From NCBI RefSeq assembly GCF_009914755.1, contig NC_060947.1: a DNA stretch of 64,000 bases; one strand, 5' to 3'. The DNA is from the human T2T-CHM13v2.0 reference genome, Homo sapiens. Every line of letters begins with the position of its first letter. The first letter of the stretch is position 1. The notes below the pieces were generated by a model, which did not search any database, was not told the DNA's origin, and worked only from the letters and a program-made list of their open reading frames with translations. Positions 1 through 15,091 of the stretch are shown here, piece after piece. Both the position numbers and the translations under genes were made by a program.

Positions 1-658
1 TAATGTATGTAATGCACTGAAAACACTGGTATGTGCTTGCTATTAACTTTTTGGAGACCAATGCAGAATAATGCAAAATGTTAAAGAAAAAACTTAATTA
101 TTATAATTTATGTAAAAATTACTTAGAAACTATAAACATGATAAAAGTAAAAGTTTTAATTTACATATTCCAATAGTAATGAATAAAACAGACTTTCAGA
201 TTAAGACGATGGAATGGTAAAGTAACTTGAATAATCATCACCAATAATACTAATGCTATCACATGATAATGCAGATATAGATTCTCACAATCACTAACAC
301 TGGCCAATATTAGTATTGGGAAAAGTCTTTTCGGAACATGGCAGAAAAAAAAGCTTAAGTTCAAACAAATTCATAAGGCAAAAAGGTAGAGTCCATATGG
401 AGAATAAGACAGCAAAATCAACTAGATTTAAGTAATGTACACCCAGTAAAGCTTTTCTTACCTTAGCAAGTTTGAAATGTTGATCAAGTCAGCCTGCTTC
501 TCATTTCTCACCTTGAAATAGAAGTCTTTCTTTCCACAGGCTGGAATGTGTCACAGTGAGTCCTTTCTTTAAGAGAAAAAAAATATTAGTGGAAAAACAT
601 ACCTGTAACTTCTAAAGCAATCAGAAAGGGCAACATGGTGCTACAGTATGGTATGGCA

Positions 659-1018
659 TACTATAATCTGAATCCATTCCCCCAAATTTCATACATTGAA
701 ATCTAATCCCTAATGTGATAGTACTAAAAGGTGGGTCCTTTGGGTGGTGATTAAGTCATTATGGCAGAGCCCACATGACTGTATTAGTTGCCTTTATAAA
801 AGAAACCCCAGGGAGCTAGCTAACCTTTTCCACCATGTTAGTATGCAACAAGAAGGCACCATCTATGAACAAGAATGTGAGTCTTCACAAGAAACTAACT
901 CTGCTGGCCCCTTAATCTTGGACTTACCAGCCTCAAAGCTATGGACAATAAATTTCTGTTGTTTAAAATCCACTCAGTTTATGGCATTTAATTATGCCCA
1001 CCCAGACAGAACAAGAGA
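659..1018 (+). mobile_element. MaLR solo LTR (MLT1A/MST-like)
   Basis: Typical MaLR LTR motifs: 'cccccaaatttcatacattgaaatctaatccctaatgtgatagta', 'tcttggactt..cagcctc', 'aataaatttctgttgtttaa'; ~360 bp. Confidence 0.8.
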
Positions 1019-1069
1019 GTGACCAGCATATTGTTTGATTGACAAAAATGAACAGAAAACTAGAAATCT

Positions 1070-3198
1070 AAAGATCATGCACAGATAAAATTAACGCAGA
1101 AACATTGGACATAATCTGCATGATAGACCAAATGGACCTAATATGTATTTTAAAAACGCATTATCCAATAGCTGCATTTCTTCTAAGCACACGGATCATT
1201 CTCAAAGATAGACAACATGTTAGGCCAGAAAACGAGCATTTAAAAAAAATCAAAATATCAAGTACCTTCTCTGACCACAATGGAGTAAAACTAACAATCA
1301 ATAAGAAGAGAAATTTTTGAAGCTATACAAACAAATGGAAATTAAATAATATTCTCCTGAATGACCAGTGGGGTCAATGAATAAACTAAGAAGAAAATTG
1401 AAAAACTTCTTGAAACAAATGGAAATGGAGCTACAACATACCAAAACCTTTGGGATACAACCAAAGCAGTACTAAGAAGAAAGTTTATAGCAATAAGCGC
1501 CTACATCAAAAAAGCAGAAACACTTAAAACAAGCAAGTGAATGAGGCATATTAAAATTTAGAAAAGCAAAAGCAAAACAAACCCAACATTATCAGTAGAA
1601 GAGAAAACATAATAAAATCAGAGCACAAATAAATGAAATTGAAATGAAGAAAATAATGCAAAATGAAAAGACGTGTTTTTGTAAGAATAAACAAAATTGA
1701 CAAACCTTTAGCCAGACTATTTAAGATACAAAGAAAGAAGATCCAAATAAATACAATGAGATGAAAAAAGAGACATTATAACTGATGCCACACAAATCCA
1801 ATGGGTTGGTAGACACTAATATGATTAACTATATGCCAATAAATTAGAAAATTTAGAAGAAATGGATAATTATCTTGACACAATACAACCTACCAAGAAT
1901 GTATCATGAAGAAATCCAAAACCAGAACAGACCAATAACAAGTAATTAGAATGGAGCCATAATACAAAGTTTCCCAGCCAAGAAAAGCTTGGGACTTGAT
2001 GGCTTCACTGCTGAATTTTACAAAATATTTGGGAAGAACTAATACCAATTCCACTCAAACTATTCTGAAAAATACTGGAGGAGGGCATACATTCAATCTC
2101 ATTCTATGAGGCCTATGAGGCCAACATTACCCTGATACCCAAACCAGACAATGAGTCATAAAAAAAAAAAAACCTACTTGCCAATATCCTTGAAGAACAT
2201 CAATGCAAAACTCTTCAACAGAGTGCTGGCAAACTGAATTCAATAACAGATTAAAAAGATCATTTATCATAGCCAAGTGGAATTTGTCCAAGGGATGCAG
2301 GGATGGTTCAACATATGTAAATCAATCAGTGTGATATATTATGTAACAGAATGAAAGACAATTAACATATGATTATTTCAATTGATGGTGAAAAGGCATT
2401 TGGTGAAATTAAACATCCCTTCATGTTAAAAACTAAAATATTGTAGAGAAGGAACATACCTCGAAACACTAAAAGACATATATGACAGACCTTGTATCAT
2501 ACTCAATGGGGAAAAGCAGAAAGCCTATTTCTCTGAGATCTGAAACAACATGAGGATGCCCACTTTCACCACTGTTATTTGAGATTGTACAGGAAGTCCT
2601 AGCTAGAGTAATTAGACCAGAGAAATAAATAAAGTGCATCCAAGTTGGAAAGGAAGAAGTAAAGTTATCCTTGTTTGCAGATGATATGATCTTATATTTG
2701 GATACACTTAAGACTACACCAAAAAACTATTAGAACGTAGAAACAAATTCTGTCAAGTTGCAGGATACAAAATCAACACAGAAAACTCAGTAGCATTTCT
2801 ATATGCCAGGAACAGACAATCTGAAAAAGAAATTAAGAAAGTAACCCCATTTGCAGTGGCTATAAATAAAGAAAAATACCTAGGAATTAACCAAGGAAAT
2901 GAAAGATCTCTGCAATAAAAACTGTAAAACACTGATGCAAGAAATTGAAGAGGACACCAAAAAATAGAAAGATATTCCCTGTTCATAGATTGGAATGAAG
3001 ATTTTAAAAATATCCATAATACTCAAAGCAATGTACAGATTCAATGCAATTTATATCAAAATACTAATGATATTTCTCACAGAAGAGAGAAAAAATGTCT
3101 AAAATGTATGTGGAATTACAAAAGACTCAATAGCCAAAGCTATTCTGAGCAAAAAGAATAAAATTGGAGAAATCGTATTACCTGACTTCAAATGATAC
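1070..3198 (+). mobile_element. L1MA-type LINE-1, 5' portion (decayed ORF2, EN to RT); resumes at ~8431
   Basis: ORF2 remnants (…FSDHNGVKL…, 'ttgtttgcagatgatatgatc' = LFADDMI); breaks at 'cctgacttcaaatgatac' and resumes 'caaattatactacagagc' at 8438. Confidence 0.85.
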
Positions 3199-6100
3199 AC
3201 AGTAATAGTGGGAGATGTTACCACCCCACTGACAGTATTAGAAAGATCACTGAGGCAGAAAATAGATATATTCAGGACCTGAACTAAACACTGGACCAAA
3301 TGGATCAGACAGACATCTACAGAACTCTCCACCCCAGAACAACAGAATATGCATTCTCCTCATCTGCACATGGCACATACTCTAAAATCAACTACACATT
3401 CAGAAATAAAGTATTCCTAAGTAAATACAAAAGGTCCAAAATCATACCAACCTCTGTCTCAGACCACAGCACAATAAAAATAGAATTCAAGACAGAGAAA
3501 AACACTTCAAACCATACAATTACATGGAAATGAAACAATCTGCTCCCAAGTGACTTTTGGGTAAATAATGAACTTAAGACAGAAATCAAGAAGTTATTTG
3601 TAACTAATAGGAACAAAGATAAAACATACCAGAATCTCTGGGACAGAGCTAAGGCAGTGTCAAGAGGAAAATTTATAGCACTAAATGCCCATATCAAGAA
3701 GTTAGAAAGATCTCAAATTAACAATCTAACATCACAACTAAAAAAAACTGGAGAAGAAAGAGCAAACAAATCCCAAATCTAGAAGAGGACAAGAAACAAC
3801 CAAAATGAGAGCTGAACTGAAGGAGATTGAGACCCAAAAAGCCATTCAGTAGGTCAATGGAGCCAGTAGTAGCTTTTTTTTGAAATGATTAAAAATAATA
3901 GACCATTAGCTAAACTAATAAAGAAGAAAAGAGAGAATATTCAATTAAATACAATCAGAAATGTCAAAGGGGATATTACCAATGATACCATATAAATACA
4001 AATACACATCACAGACTATTATGAAAACCTCTATGCACACAAACTAGAAAATCTAGAAGAAATAGATAAATTCCAGAATACATACACCCTTCCAAGACTG
4101 AACTAGGAAGAAATTGAACCCCTGAACAGACCAGTAATGAGCTCCAAAATTGAATCAGTAATAAATAACCTAACAACCAAGAAAAGCCCAGGACCAGACC
4201 AATTCACAGCCTAATTCTACAAGATGTACAAAGAAGAGCTGGCATCAATTCTACTGAAATTATTCCAAAAAATTGAGGAGAAAGGACTCCTCCCAAACTC
4301 ATTATATGAGGCCACCATCATCCTGATAGCAAAATCTGGCAGAAACACAACAAAAAAAGAACACTTCAGGCCAATATCCTTGATAAACATTGATACAAAA
4401 ATATTCAACAAAATACTTGCAAACTGAATCCAGCAGCACATCAAAAAGCTAATCCACCATGATCAAGTAGGCTATTATCCCTGGGATGCAAGGTTGTTTC
4501 AACATATGTAAATCAATAAATGTGATTCATCATATAAACAGAACTAAAGACAAAACCACATGATTATCTCAATAGATGCATAAAATGCTTTTCATAAAAT
4601 TCAACCTCCCTTCTTGATAAAAACTCTCAGTAACTAGGCATTGAAGGAACATGCATCACAATAATAAGAGCCATATAAGACAGACAGGCAGACAACATTA
4701 TACTGATTGTGGGAAACCCGGATGTATTCCCCTTGAAAACCAGACAAGACAAGGTTACTCTCTTGCACCCGTGCTATTCAACATAGTATTGGAAGTCTGG
4801 GCCAGAGCAATCAGTCAAGAGAAAGAAATAAAGAGCTTCCAAATAGCAAGAGAGGAAGTGAAACTATCCCTCTTTGCAAATGACATGCCTCTGTAATGTG
4901 AGAAATCCCATAGTCTTGGCCCCAAAGTTCCTGAATCTGATAAAAAACTTCAGCAAAGTTTCAGGATACAAAATCAACATACAAAAATTACTAGCGTTTC
5001 TATACATCAACAACAGCCAATCTAAGCGCCAAATCAGGAATATCACTCACAATGGCCATATAAAGAATAAGATACCTAGGAATTTAGGTAACCAGGGAGG
5101 AGAAAGATTTCTAAAAGGAGAATTACACAACACTGTTCAAAGAAATCAGAGATGACGCAAACAAATGGAAAACCATTCCATGCTCATGGATGGGAAGAAT
5201 CAATGTCATTAAAATGGCCATACCGCCCAAAGCAATTTGCAGATTCAATGCAATTCCTATCAAACTACAAATGACACTCTTCACAGAACTTGAAAAAAAC
5301 TATTTTAAAATTCATGTGGAACAAAAAAAAAGCCTGAATAGCCAAAGCCATTCTAAGCAAAAAGAAAAAGCAGGAAGCATCACTCTAATGCTAACTGACT
5401 TCAAACAATACTACAGGGCTACAGTAACCAAAATAGCATGGGACTAGTACCATAACACACATATAGACCAATGGAAGAGAATAGAGAGGCCAGAAATAAA
5501 ACAGCACATTCATAACCATCTGATTTCCCACAAAGATGACAAAAACAAGCAATAGGGAAAGGACCCCCTATTCAATAAATGGTGCTATTGATGGTGGTGG
5601 CAGCCAATCTGAAGCAGCAGCTACAAGGATGTCAGCTGCAGCGTGGGAGGTGTAGCCAGAGCTGCGTGCTCCATGGAACCAGTGGGGGACAGGAACAGGT
5701 GATCCCAGCAGGAGCCCCATGCCCTACCGAGTTGGCAGGGCAGGAGCTCATACTCCCAGGCACAACTGCAGCTGCCCAGCCATGGCTCTGGACCCAGGCA
5801 TCCCTGCATTCCTGGGGGCCTGGAAAGCCCCCTACCTCCACAGCCTCAAAGTGCCTACTCCTGCTCCCTGACCTCTCCCCAATCCTGGTGCCTGCTCCAG
5901 TGCAGAGCAAAGTTGTGACCGAGCCTGGGCACTGTCATAACTTACCCAGGTGTGTGCTTGCTCTGGGCGGCAGTGACACACCAGCACCCTGCCACATCTG
6001 GACTGGCTGAGAGTGGCTTGGCGTGGGCCTGCGAGTGACCCTTGGTGCAGATTGCCTGGGCGCCACAGATAGCAGGTTGATGGCACTGGGAGGCAGACAG

Positions 6101-8430
6101 GTTCCTAGGTGGGAAGGGCTAGGTCCTGGGGGAAACCCCACCTTCAAGCCAGGTACAGCCCGAAGCCTGGGGCTGGGCTGCCAGTTCCAGGTGGAGTTCT
6201 GGACTGGGAGTGAGAACTTCCTTGATGCCTTTTGGCCAATCGGATGGTGCTTTTTCCAGGCCCACCCATGGCCACCCGTGGACCAATCAGCATGCGCTTC
6301 CTCTATTCTGAGCCCATAACTTCCTCTATTCTGAGCCCATAAACACCATCCCCCCACCCCCACTCAGCCAGACTCACACACTTGTCAGAACAACCTGCCT
6401 GTGGATAAGAGCTGCCCACTTCAGGTCTCCTCTCTGCTGAAAACTGTCCAGTCACCCAATGAAGCTCCTCCCTGTCTTGGTTACCCTCCGGTTGCCCGTG
6501 TAATCTAATTCTTTACGGATGCAAGACAAGAACTCACGATCCACCAAACGGTGGGAATGAAAGGAACTATAACAAGTTCTTGGCTGGCTCACAGAGCTGC
6601 AGGTGGTGACATGCTTCCAGACTGTGAGAGTGAAGAGTGGTGACCCTCCTGGGGCCCCAGACCTAGGGATTCTCCAAACAAGAGCTTCTGTAACACTATA
6701 GCCCTCCCATGCTCCACTGGCACTGGGCAGCCACCTCACACGGTGGGAAGCAGTGGTAGGGACGGGCCAGCCCACTAGCTGCGCGCCAGAGTGGGGCAGC
6801 GGGACTAAAAAAAGGGTGAAGCGTGCCCCCCGCCTCAAAACACGCCCCCAACCCTGCTAGCTGTGCTACGGGCGACAAGGAGAGAATACCTGTGACCCTT
6901 CTGGGAGCCCAGACATCGGGGGTCATCAAGCCAGGGCTGTGACACGTTGTAAAACCCACTTTGGGGCTCTGCAGTTCCTAGTGTCTCCAAGCTCTTGAGT
7001 GCCACCACGTTCCCCTTGTCCAGATGCCAGTGCCCACAGTGGAAGCCGCTTGCTGTACATCTGGCCCAGCCACAGCCTTGCACAGAGCTAGCAATTGTGC
7101 TGGCGCTTGGAGCTGCCTGCCCCACTGCAGCAGCCAGGATGCCTGGCTGTACTCAGTGGCTGGACCCAGCACTTGCTCACGCACACACCCCTCACAGGTC
7201 TGTGTCTGGCTCACTCTTGGCAGTCAAGGAGTCCGGGCAGGTAGCATGAGCTGAGTGCAACCTGCCAGGCTGAGTGGGCAAAATGAGCTCAATGGGTGAG
7301 AGCAAAACTTAAGCAGAGGCATCACCAGTCCCATAAGTTTTCAGCTGGCGAAGCAACACCCAAAGGATACTGTGACACAGATAACTGGCTAGCCATATGC
7401 AGAAGCTTGAAGCCCTTAAACCGTGTACAAAAATTACCTCAAGATGGATTAAAGACTTAAATGTAAAACACAAAAACTATAAAAATACTAGGCAATACCA
7501 TTCTGGACATAGGAATGGGCAAAGATTTTATGATGCAGACACCAAAAGCAATTGCAACAAAAGCAAAAATTGACAAATGGGATCTAATAAAACTAAAGAG
7601 CTTCTGCACAGCAAAAGAAACTATCAGCAGAGTAAACAGACAACCTACAAAATGGGAGAAAATTTTTGCAAACTGTGCATCTGACAAAGGTTTAATATCC
7701 AGCATCTATAAGGAACTTAAACAAATTTACAAGAAAATAACAAACAACCCCATTAAAAAATAGGCAAAGGACATGAACAGACACTTTTCAAAGGAAGACA
7801 TACATGTGGCCAACAATCATATGAATAGAAGCTCAATGTTACTGATCAGTAGAGAAACACACATCAAAACGTCAATAAGAACATCTCACGCAAGTCAGAA
7901 TGGCTGTTATTAAAGTCAAAAAATAACAGATGCTAGTGGGGCTGTGGAGAAAAGTGAATGCTTATACACAGCTGGTAGGAGTGTAAACTAATTCAACCAC
8001 TGTGGAAAGCAATGTGGGGATTCCTCAGAGAGCTAAAAGCAGAACCACCTTTTGACTCAGCAATCCCATCACTGTATATATAACCCCAATGTAATATAAA
8101 TGATTGTATCATAAATTTACATACACCTGTATGTTCACTGCAGCACTATTCACAATAGCAACGACATGGAATATACCTAAATGTATATCAATGGAAGACT
8201 GGATACAGAAAATATGGCACATATACACCATGGAATATTATGAAGCCATAAAAAAGAATGAGATCATGTCCTTTGCAGGAACACAGACGGAGCTGGAGGC
8301 CATTATCCTTAGCAAGCTAATGCAATACCCCACAAGTATAGGCAACCAAATCCCTGTGATGCAAATTTACATATATAACAAACCTGCTCATGGACTCTTG
8401 AACCTAAAATTAAAGTTTAAAATAAAAAAT
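3199..8430 (+). mobile_element. Old L1PA (L1PA13-16-like), 5'-truncated, nested in the L1MA and itself interrupted by MER52
   Basis: ORF2 fragments in the ORF track ([53 protein letters not shown]); 3' end 'aacctaaaattaaagtt' plus A-rich tail; host duplicated at the junctions (caaatgatac 3189-3198 / caaattatac 8438-8447). Confidence 0.85.
5589..7377 (+). mobile_element. MER52 (MER52A-like) ERV1 solo LTR
   Basis: GC-rich 1.79-kb insert with TG…CA termini ('tgatggtggtggcagcc' … 'caaaggatactgtgaca') splitting the L1 motif 'aataaatggtgct|gataactggctagcc'; termini match the recalled MER52A consensus; CCAAT boxes near 6236 and 6283. Confidence 0.85.
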
Positions 8431-9638
8431 CACAATACAAATTATACTACAGAGCCCTGGTAACCAAAACAGCATAGTACTTGCATAATGACAAATACAT
8501 AGTTCAGTGAAACAGAATAGATAACTCAAAGATTTATCCACACATATACAGTGAACTCATTTTTGACAAAGTTTCCAAGGACATACATTGGAGAAAGTAC
8601 AGTCTCTTCAATAAATGGTGTTGGCAAAACTGGATATCCATGTGGAGAAGAATGAAACTAGACCCCTATTTCTTGCCACATACAAAAATCAAATAAAAAC
8701 AAATTAAAGACTTTTAAATCTAAAACCTGAAACTGTGAAATTACTACAAGAAAACATTGGGGAAAATTTCCAGGACATTGGTCTGGGCAAAAATTTCTTG
8801 AGCAATACCCCACAAGTATAGGCAACCAAAGCAAAAAAATGGGCAAATGGGATCACATCAAGTTAAAAAAGCTCACGCACAGCAAAGGAAACAATGAAGT
8901 GAATAGACAATGCGCAGAATGTTAGAAAATATTTGCAAACTACCCATCTGACAAGAGATTAATAACCAGAATATATAAGGAGCTTAAGTCACTCAATAGG
9001 AAAAAAATCTAATGATCCAATTAAAAATGGGCAAAATATCTGAATACACATCTCTCAAAAGAAACCATACATATGGCAAACAGGTATATGAAAAGTCCTC
9101 AACATCAATGATCATTAGAGAAATGAAAATCAAAACTACAATGAGACATCTTCTCAACCCAGTTAAAATGGCTTTTATCTAATAGACAGCAATATTCGGT
9201 GCTGGTTAGGATGTGGAGAAAAGGGAACCCTTGTACCCTGGTGGTGGCAATGTGAGTTAGTACAGCCACTCTGGAGTTTACTTAAAAAAATAAAAATAGA
9301 GCTACCATACAATCCAGCAATCCCAATGCTCAATATATACACAAAAGAAAGGAAATCAGTATATGGAAGGGGCATCTGCACTCCCATGTTTATTACAGCA
9401 CTCTTCACAATAGCCAAAATTTGGAAGCAACTTAAATGTCCATCAACATATTAATAGATAAAGAGAATGTGGTACATATATACAATAGAGTATTATTTAG
9501 CCATAAAAAAAGAATGAGATCTAGTCATTTACAAAAACATGAATAAAACTGGAGATCATTATGTCAAATGAAATGAACCAGACACAGAAATACAAACTCC
9601 CCATGTTCTCACTTATTTGTCAGAGGTATAAAAAGTAA

Positions 9639-9744
9639 AACCTGGGAGGTGGAGGTTGCAGTGAGCCAAGATCTCATCACTGCACTCCAGCCTGGCGACA
9701 GAGAGAGACTCTGTCTCAAAAAACAAACAAATGAACAAACAAAA
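9639..9744 (+). mobile_element. 5'-truncated Alu (3' ~80 nt of right arm plus A-rich tail)
   Basis: 'aacctgggaggtggaggttgcagtgagccaagatc…gactctgtctcaaaaaacaaac'. Confidence 0.9.
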
Positions 9745-9776
9745 TGTAAAATGATTTAACTCATGTAGATCAATTA

Positions 9777-10090
<314 letters not shown>

Positions 10091-10407
10091 ACAAAGTAAA
10101 ACAATTTAACGCATGAAGATAGATTATCATTGATTGTAACAAGAGAACAAGAGATAGGAAGAGGAGTTGGGGTGTGGGGAGAGGGAACAGTCAATAGGAA
10201 TAAAAATACAGTTAGATATACTGAATAAGATCTATTGTTTTATAGCACGCCTGGGTGACTACAGTAAATAATAATTTAATTTATTGTATGTCTAAAATAA
10301 CTAAAATAGTATAATTCAATAGTTTGGAACACAAAGAAATGATAAATGCTTGAGATGATGGATAACTCATTTGCCCTGATATTATTGTGCATTGTATGCC
10401 TGTATCA

Positions 10408-11626
<1,219 letters not shown>

Positions 11627-11809
11627 GTACATATTCAATAATCTCTTCTAAAATCACAAAAAGACTAATTTTAAAGTGATTATACGGTAAAAAATCATAG
11701 CTATAACTAGTGTAAACTTCATTTTTAGGAAATTGCTATTTATGATTTCATATTTTCCTGCTAAAATTCAGAATAAAATAAAATAAAAAATAATTTTTGA
11801 ACTTGAAAA
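11627..11809 (+). other. L1-mediated 3' transduced sequence
   Basis: Non-L1 sequence between the L1 tail and the 3' TSD copy 'aaaatatatactgagga' (~11810-11826); contains AATAAA repeats from 11772 followed by an A-run. Confidence 0.75.
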
Positions 11810-12102
11810 AAAATATATACTGAGGAGTGGGAAGAAGGGAGGAATATCTACAAACAAATGGTAAAATGACCTGAAATTTTAGTAAGTTATTCTGGTCAAA
11901 TCAATTATTCTATCTGTAACTTCTGACTTCCTACTGGTTGTTTGTAAGTACCCATTATCTCATCACATTAAAATATATCCCTTATATAGCTTTCCTCCAG
12001 TTTCACTGAATCTTTGGTTCAGAATATGTGACATTTTGAGTTTTTTTTCCCTGAAAATATAGTGATGTCTAATTCATCACCCTCAAAGCTATATTCATTG
12101 GC

Positions 12103-12105
<3 letters not shown>

Positions 12106-12144
<39 letters not shown>

Positions 12145-12159
12145 AACATGCACACACAC
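12106..12159. repeat. (CA)n microsatellite
   Basis: Pure CA run followed by a degenerate CA tail. Confidence 0.95.
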
Positions 12160-13739
12160 TCATATTTAACTTTCTTCGATGGTACAAGCCAACTGACCTT
12201 CACATATAATTGGAAATGGCAGTAAATTCATGTATAAAATCCTTGCATAGTGTTTGCAAGAATGATTTGGACAAGGACTTGTTTATTTCAAGGTAATTTT
12301 TAAATTTTGGCTCCAAAGATATACATATATTTACAAAGATGGAATCCTACATAATCTAACAAAGATCTGAATTCCAAGGTCCCAAGAAGAGGTAGAAAAA
12401 TGTCCATTAAAAGAATGGTAGAACTTTTTTTCTGTCCCATCTTTTGGTTCTTATTTTCTTTTCAGATAGCATTGAAAAATCAGTTCTAGTGTCAAATGCA
12501 AATGTAGTATTTGGATGCAGGTTTTTTTTGTTTGTGTTGTTCGTTTGGTAATATACATATTTGACTTGTTAGCATTTTCTGAATGATAATCTCTTCACTA
12601 CATATAATATCATCTCTTATACTAGCAAAGGATTAGAATAGAAAATGAAAAGAAATAGAAATTGAGGAAAATGGTTAAGAGTGGAGCTGGAGTTATTGGC
12701 TTTGTATCATGGTGTGAATATGGTGTGATTTAAATCCAGGAGACGGTTAAAATATAAGGATGAGGGTTTGAATATTTAATATGTTTGAATAAAGAGGTTA
12801 TTAAGAATGATGATTTAGAAAAGAGGTGATCACCAAACAAGGTTATCATAGCTCTGTATCTAGTTTCCAGGAAAGTTCTTTGTACATGAGAGTTGTTCAA
12901 CAATTATTTATTGAACAAATAAATAAATAATATTTTATATCTGGGTCATCAATATTGACATCAATGTAATTATTATGTAGGCTGAAGTCAAAGTGGAAGA
13001 TTCTGAATTTAGAGTTTTTGTCTTTTTTTTAAAAACTAGATTTTATACTGCCACGCCAATGAGGAGATATTTTGGTGTTTAGGATTCATCTTAAGATTTT
13101 CCAGCCACCCTTGTAACTCTATCAATTGCTGTATGCATTATCAGTATCCCATCTGAGTTTAGATGTGGTAAATCACAAAGCACAAACCTATACAGCAATT
13201 AATCAAGATGGTCAGTGAGTTTTAAAGATTCTGTAAACTATTAGTCATCTTTCTTCATCATAAATGTTTTATTATATTTATTCCTTTAAGCAGATATGAT
13301 TTTGTGGAGAAGAGAAATTATTCAGTAATTATCCTGGAACAATACTCTGAAACAGTTAACTATGTAAATTGTTTATATATTGCTAACAAGTGCTGGAACA
13401 GTACATCACCAATAACTGTTGTAAAAGTTGTCATTAAAAATGACAAGAGATTCCATCTCAACTGTGAGATAAAAGACGTGTAAAAAACACGTTTCCTGGT
13501 AATAGAAAAAAGAGTGAAATCAAAGAATAGTTTCTTATGGTAGTGCTATAAATTCAGGGTTCACCTCTAGTTTCCATAAACCACCTAAAACTTATAATCT
13601 CAGTGTGATTCCCAAAGTGATATTCAAATTGAGTAAAGAAAATTCTGCTAGTCTCATAATACCATTATTTTCACACTGTTGACTTTTAAAAAAATTATCC
13701 CTCAATTGGCTTAATTAAGCCCCAATATAACTTATTGAA

Positions 13740-14600
13740 AAGTCTATGTGGGTAGTATATTTTCTGAGCCCTTCTATATCTGAAGATTTACTTCTATTGC
13801 CTTCACAAGTGGAAGTCATCATGACTGAATGTAAAAGACCTGCCAAATCCTTTTCCCATCAGAGCTCTTATATTCCCATCAGATGCTGTTATATGCCCTC
13901 CAGGACTAAGATATTATAGATAAATCTGGAGCCAGGCTGTATTCTTAAAATTATCTTTATTATTTCCCACTTCTTAAATGCCTGCAGAACTTTCAAATTT
14001 ATCCTAATGATGAAATAATTTAAGGATATGTATTTATTTTCATTATTTTTGCTTGGAATTGGTAATCCCTTTCAATATGCATATTTCTTCACCTCTGGAA
14101 AGTTGTCTTCTAGCATATTTTTTATTACAACTTTTGGTAAATTTGTTCCTCAGGTATGACAATTATTTATAAATTAGATCTCCATTTTATTTTTTCCATA
14201 CCTACAATTTTCTGTCCCATTTTTATCCCTTTTTACTGCCTCTGGATTCCAACAAAAAATTGTAAGTTTTCAGTCTACATTACTAATTTTATATTCTACA
14301 GTATATTTTTCTCTTCAGTAACTCCAATGTGTACTTTAATTTTCTTATCTTTTATTGCATTTGCGGTACACTGAAACTCTTCCTTGTCTTGCTTATTTTC
14401 ATTTATATCTATTTTTGTTGCCTATACCTCTCAGTCTGTTATCCATATGCCCTTGTGCTCTTGTATCTCAAGACATGGGTTTCCCCCACTATGTTTAGGA
14501 TGTCAAAGAATTTTTACATATTTTCTTCTGGCTCTTGCAGAGTCTCATTTGCAGTGATATTCTCTTCTTTTGAATTTTCGGTGATGCTCCATTGCTGTGA
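13740..14600 (-). mobile_element. Highly decayed ancient L1 (L1M/HAL1-like ORF1 region)
   Basis: T-rich strand bias and motifs resembling the antisense of old L1 ORF1 ('ttttctgagcccttctatatctgaa', 'aaatctggagccaggctg'); boundaries uncertain. Confidence 0.4.
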
Positions 14601-14816
14601 TTTTTTTCCTCTTTAATCATTTTCAAAGGAGGCAAATGCTCTTCAAACAAAATATTTGGCAACAGAACCAGTGAACTGTTTGTTTCCAATCTCTGCCAAC
14701 TCAAATAATGGTTAGATAGCTTTTCTAGTCCCTAAAGAACAGTTGATGCGTACATGTTTTAATCCTATTTCCAGGTTTTTTATACGCTTTTTTTCTGAAC
14801 CCAACTTGTTCCGTCA

Positions 14817-15091
<275 letters not shown>

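Noticed and set aside
2104-2122. Short tandem duplications (ctatgaggc x2 here; aaatactattacat x2 near 34945; similar near 62270)
   Set aside because: Ordinary replication slippage inside dead repeats.
5579-7254. Dense ORFs (60-143 aa) on both strands in a GC-rich island
   Set aside because: All lie within the MER52 LTR; high GC suppresses stops; no recognisable domain.
14156-14704. Hydrophobic F/I/L-rich ORFs resembling membrane peptides (also at 41148-43176)
   Set aside because: Translation of the T-rich antisense strand of decayed L1 sequence.
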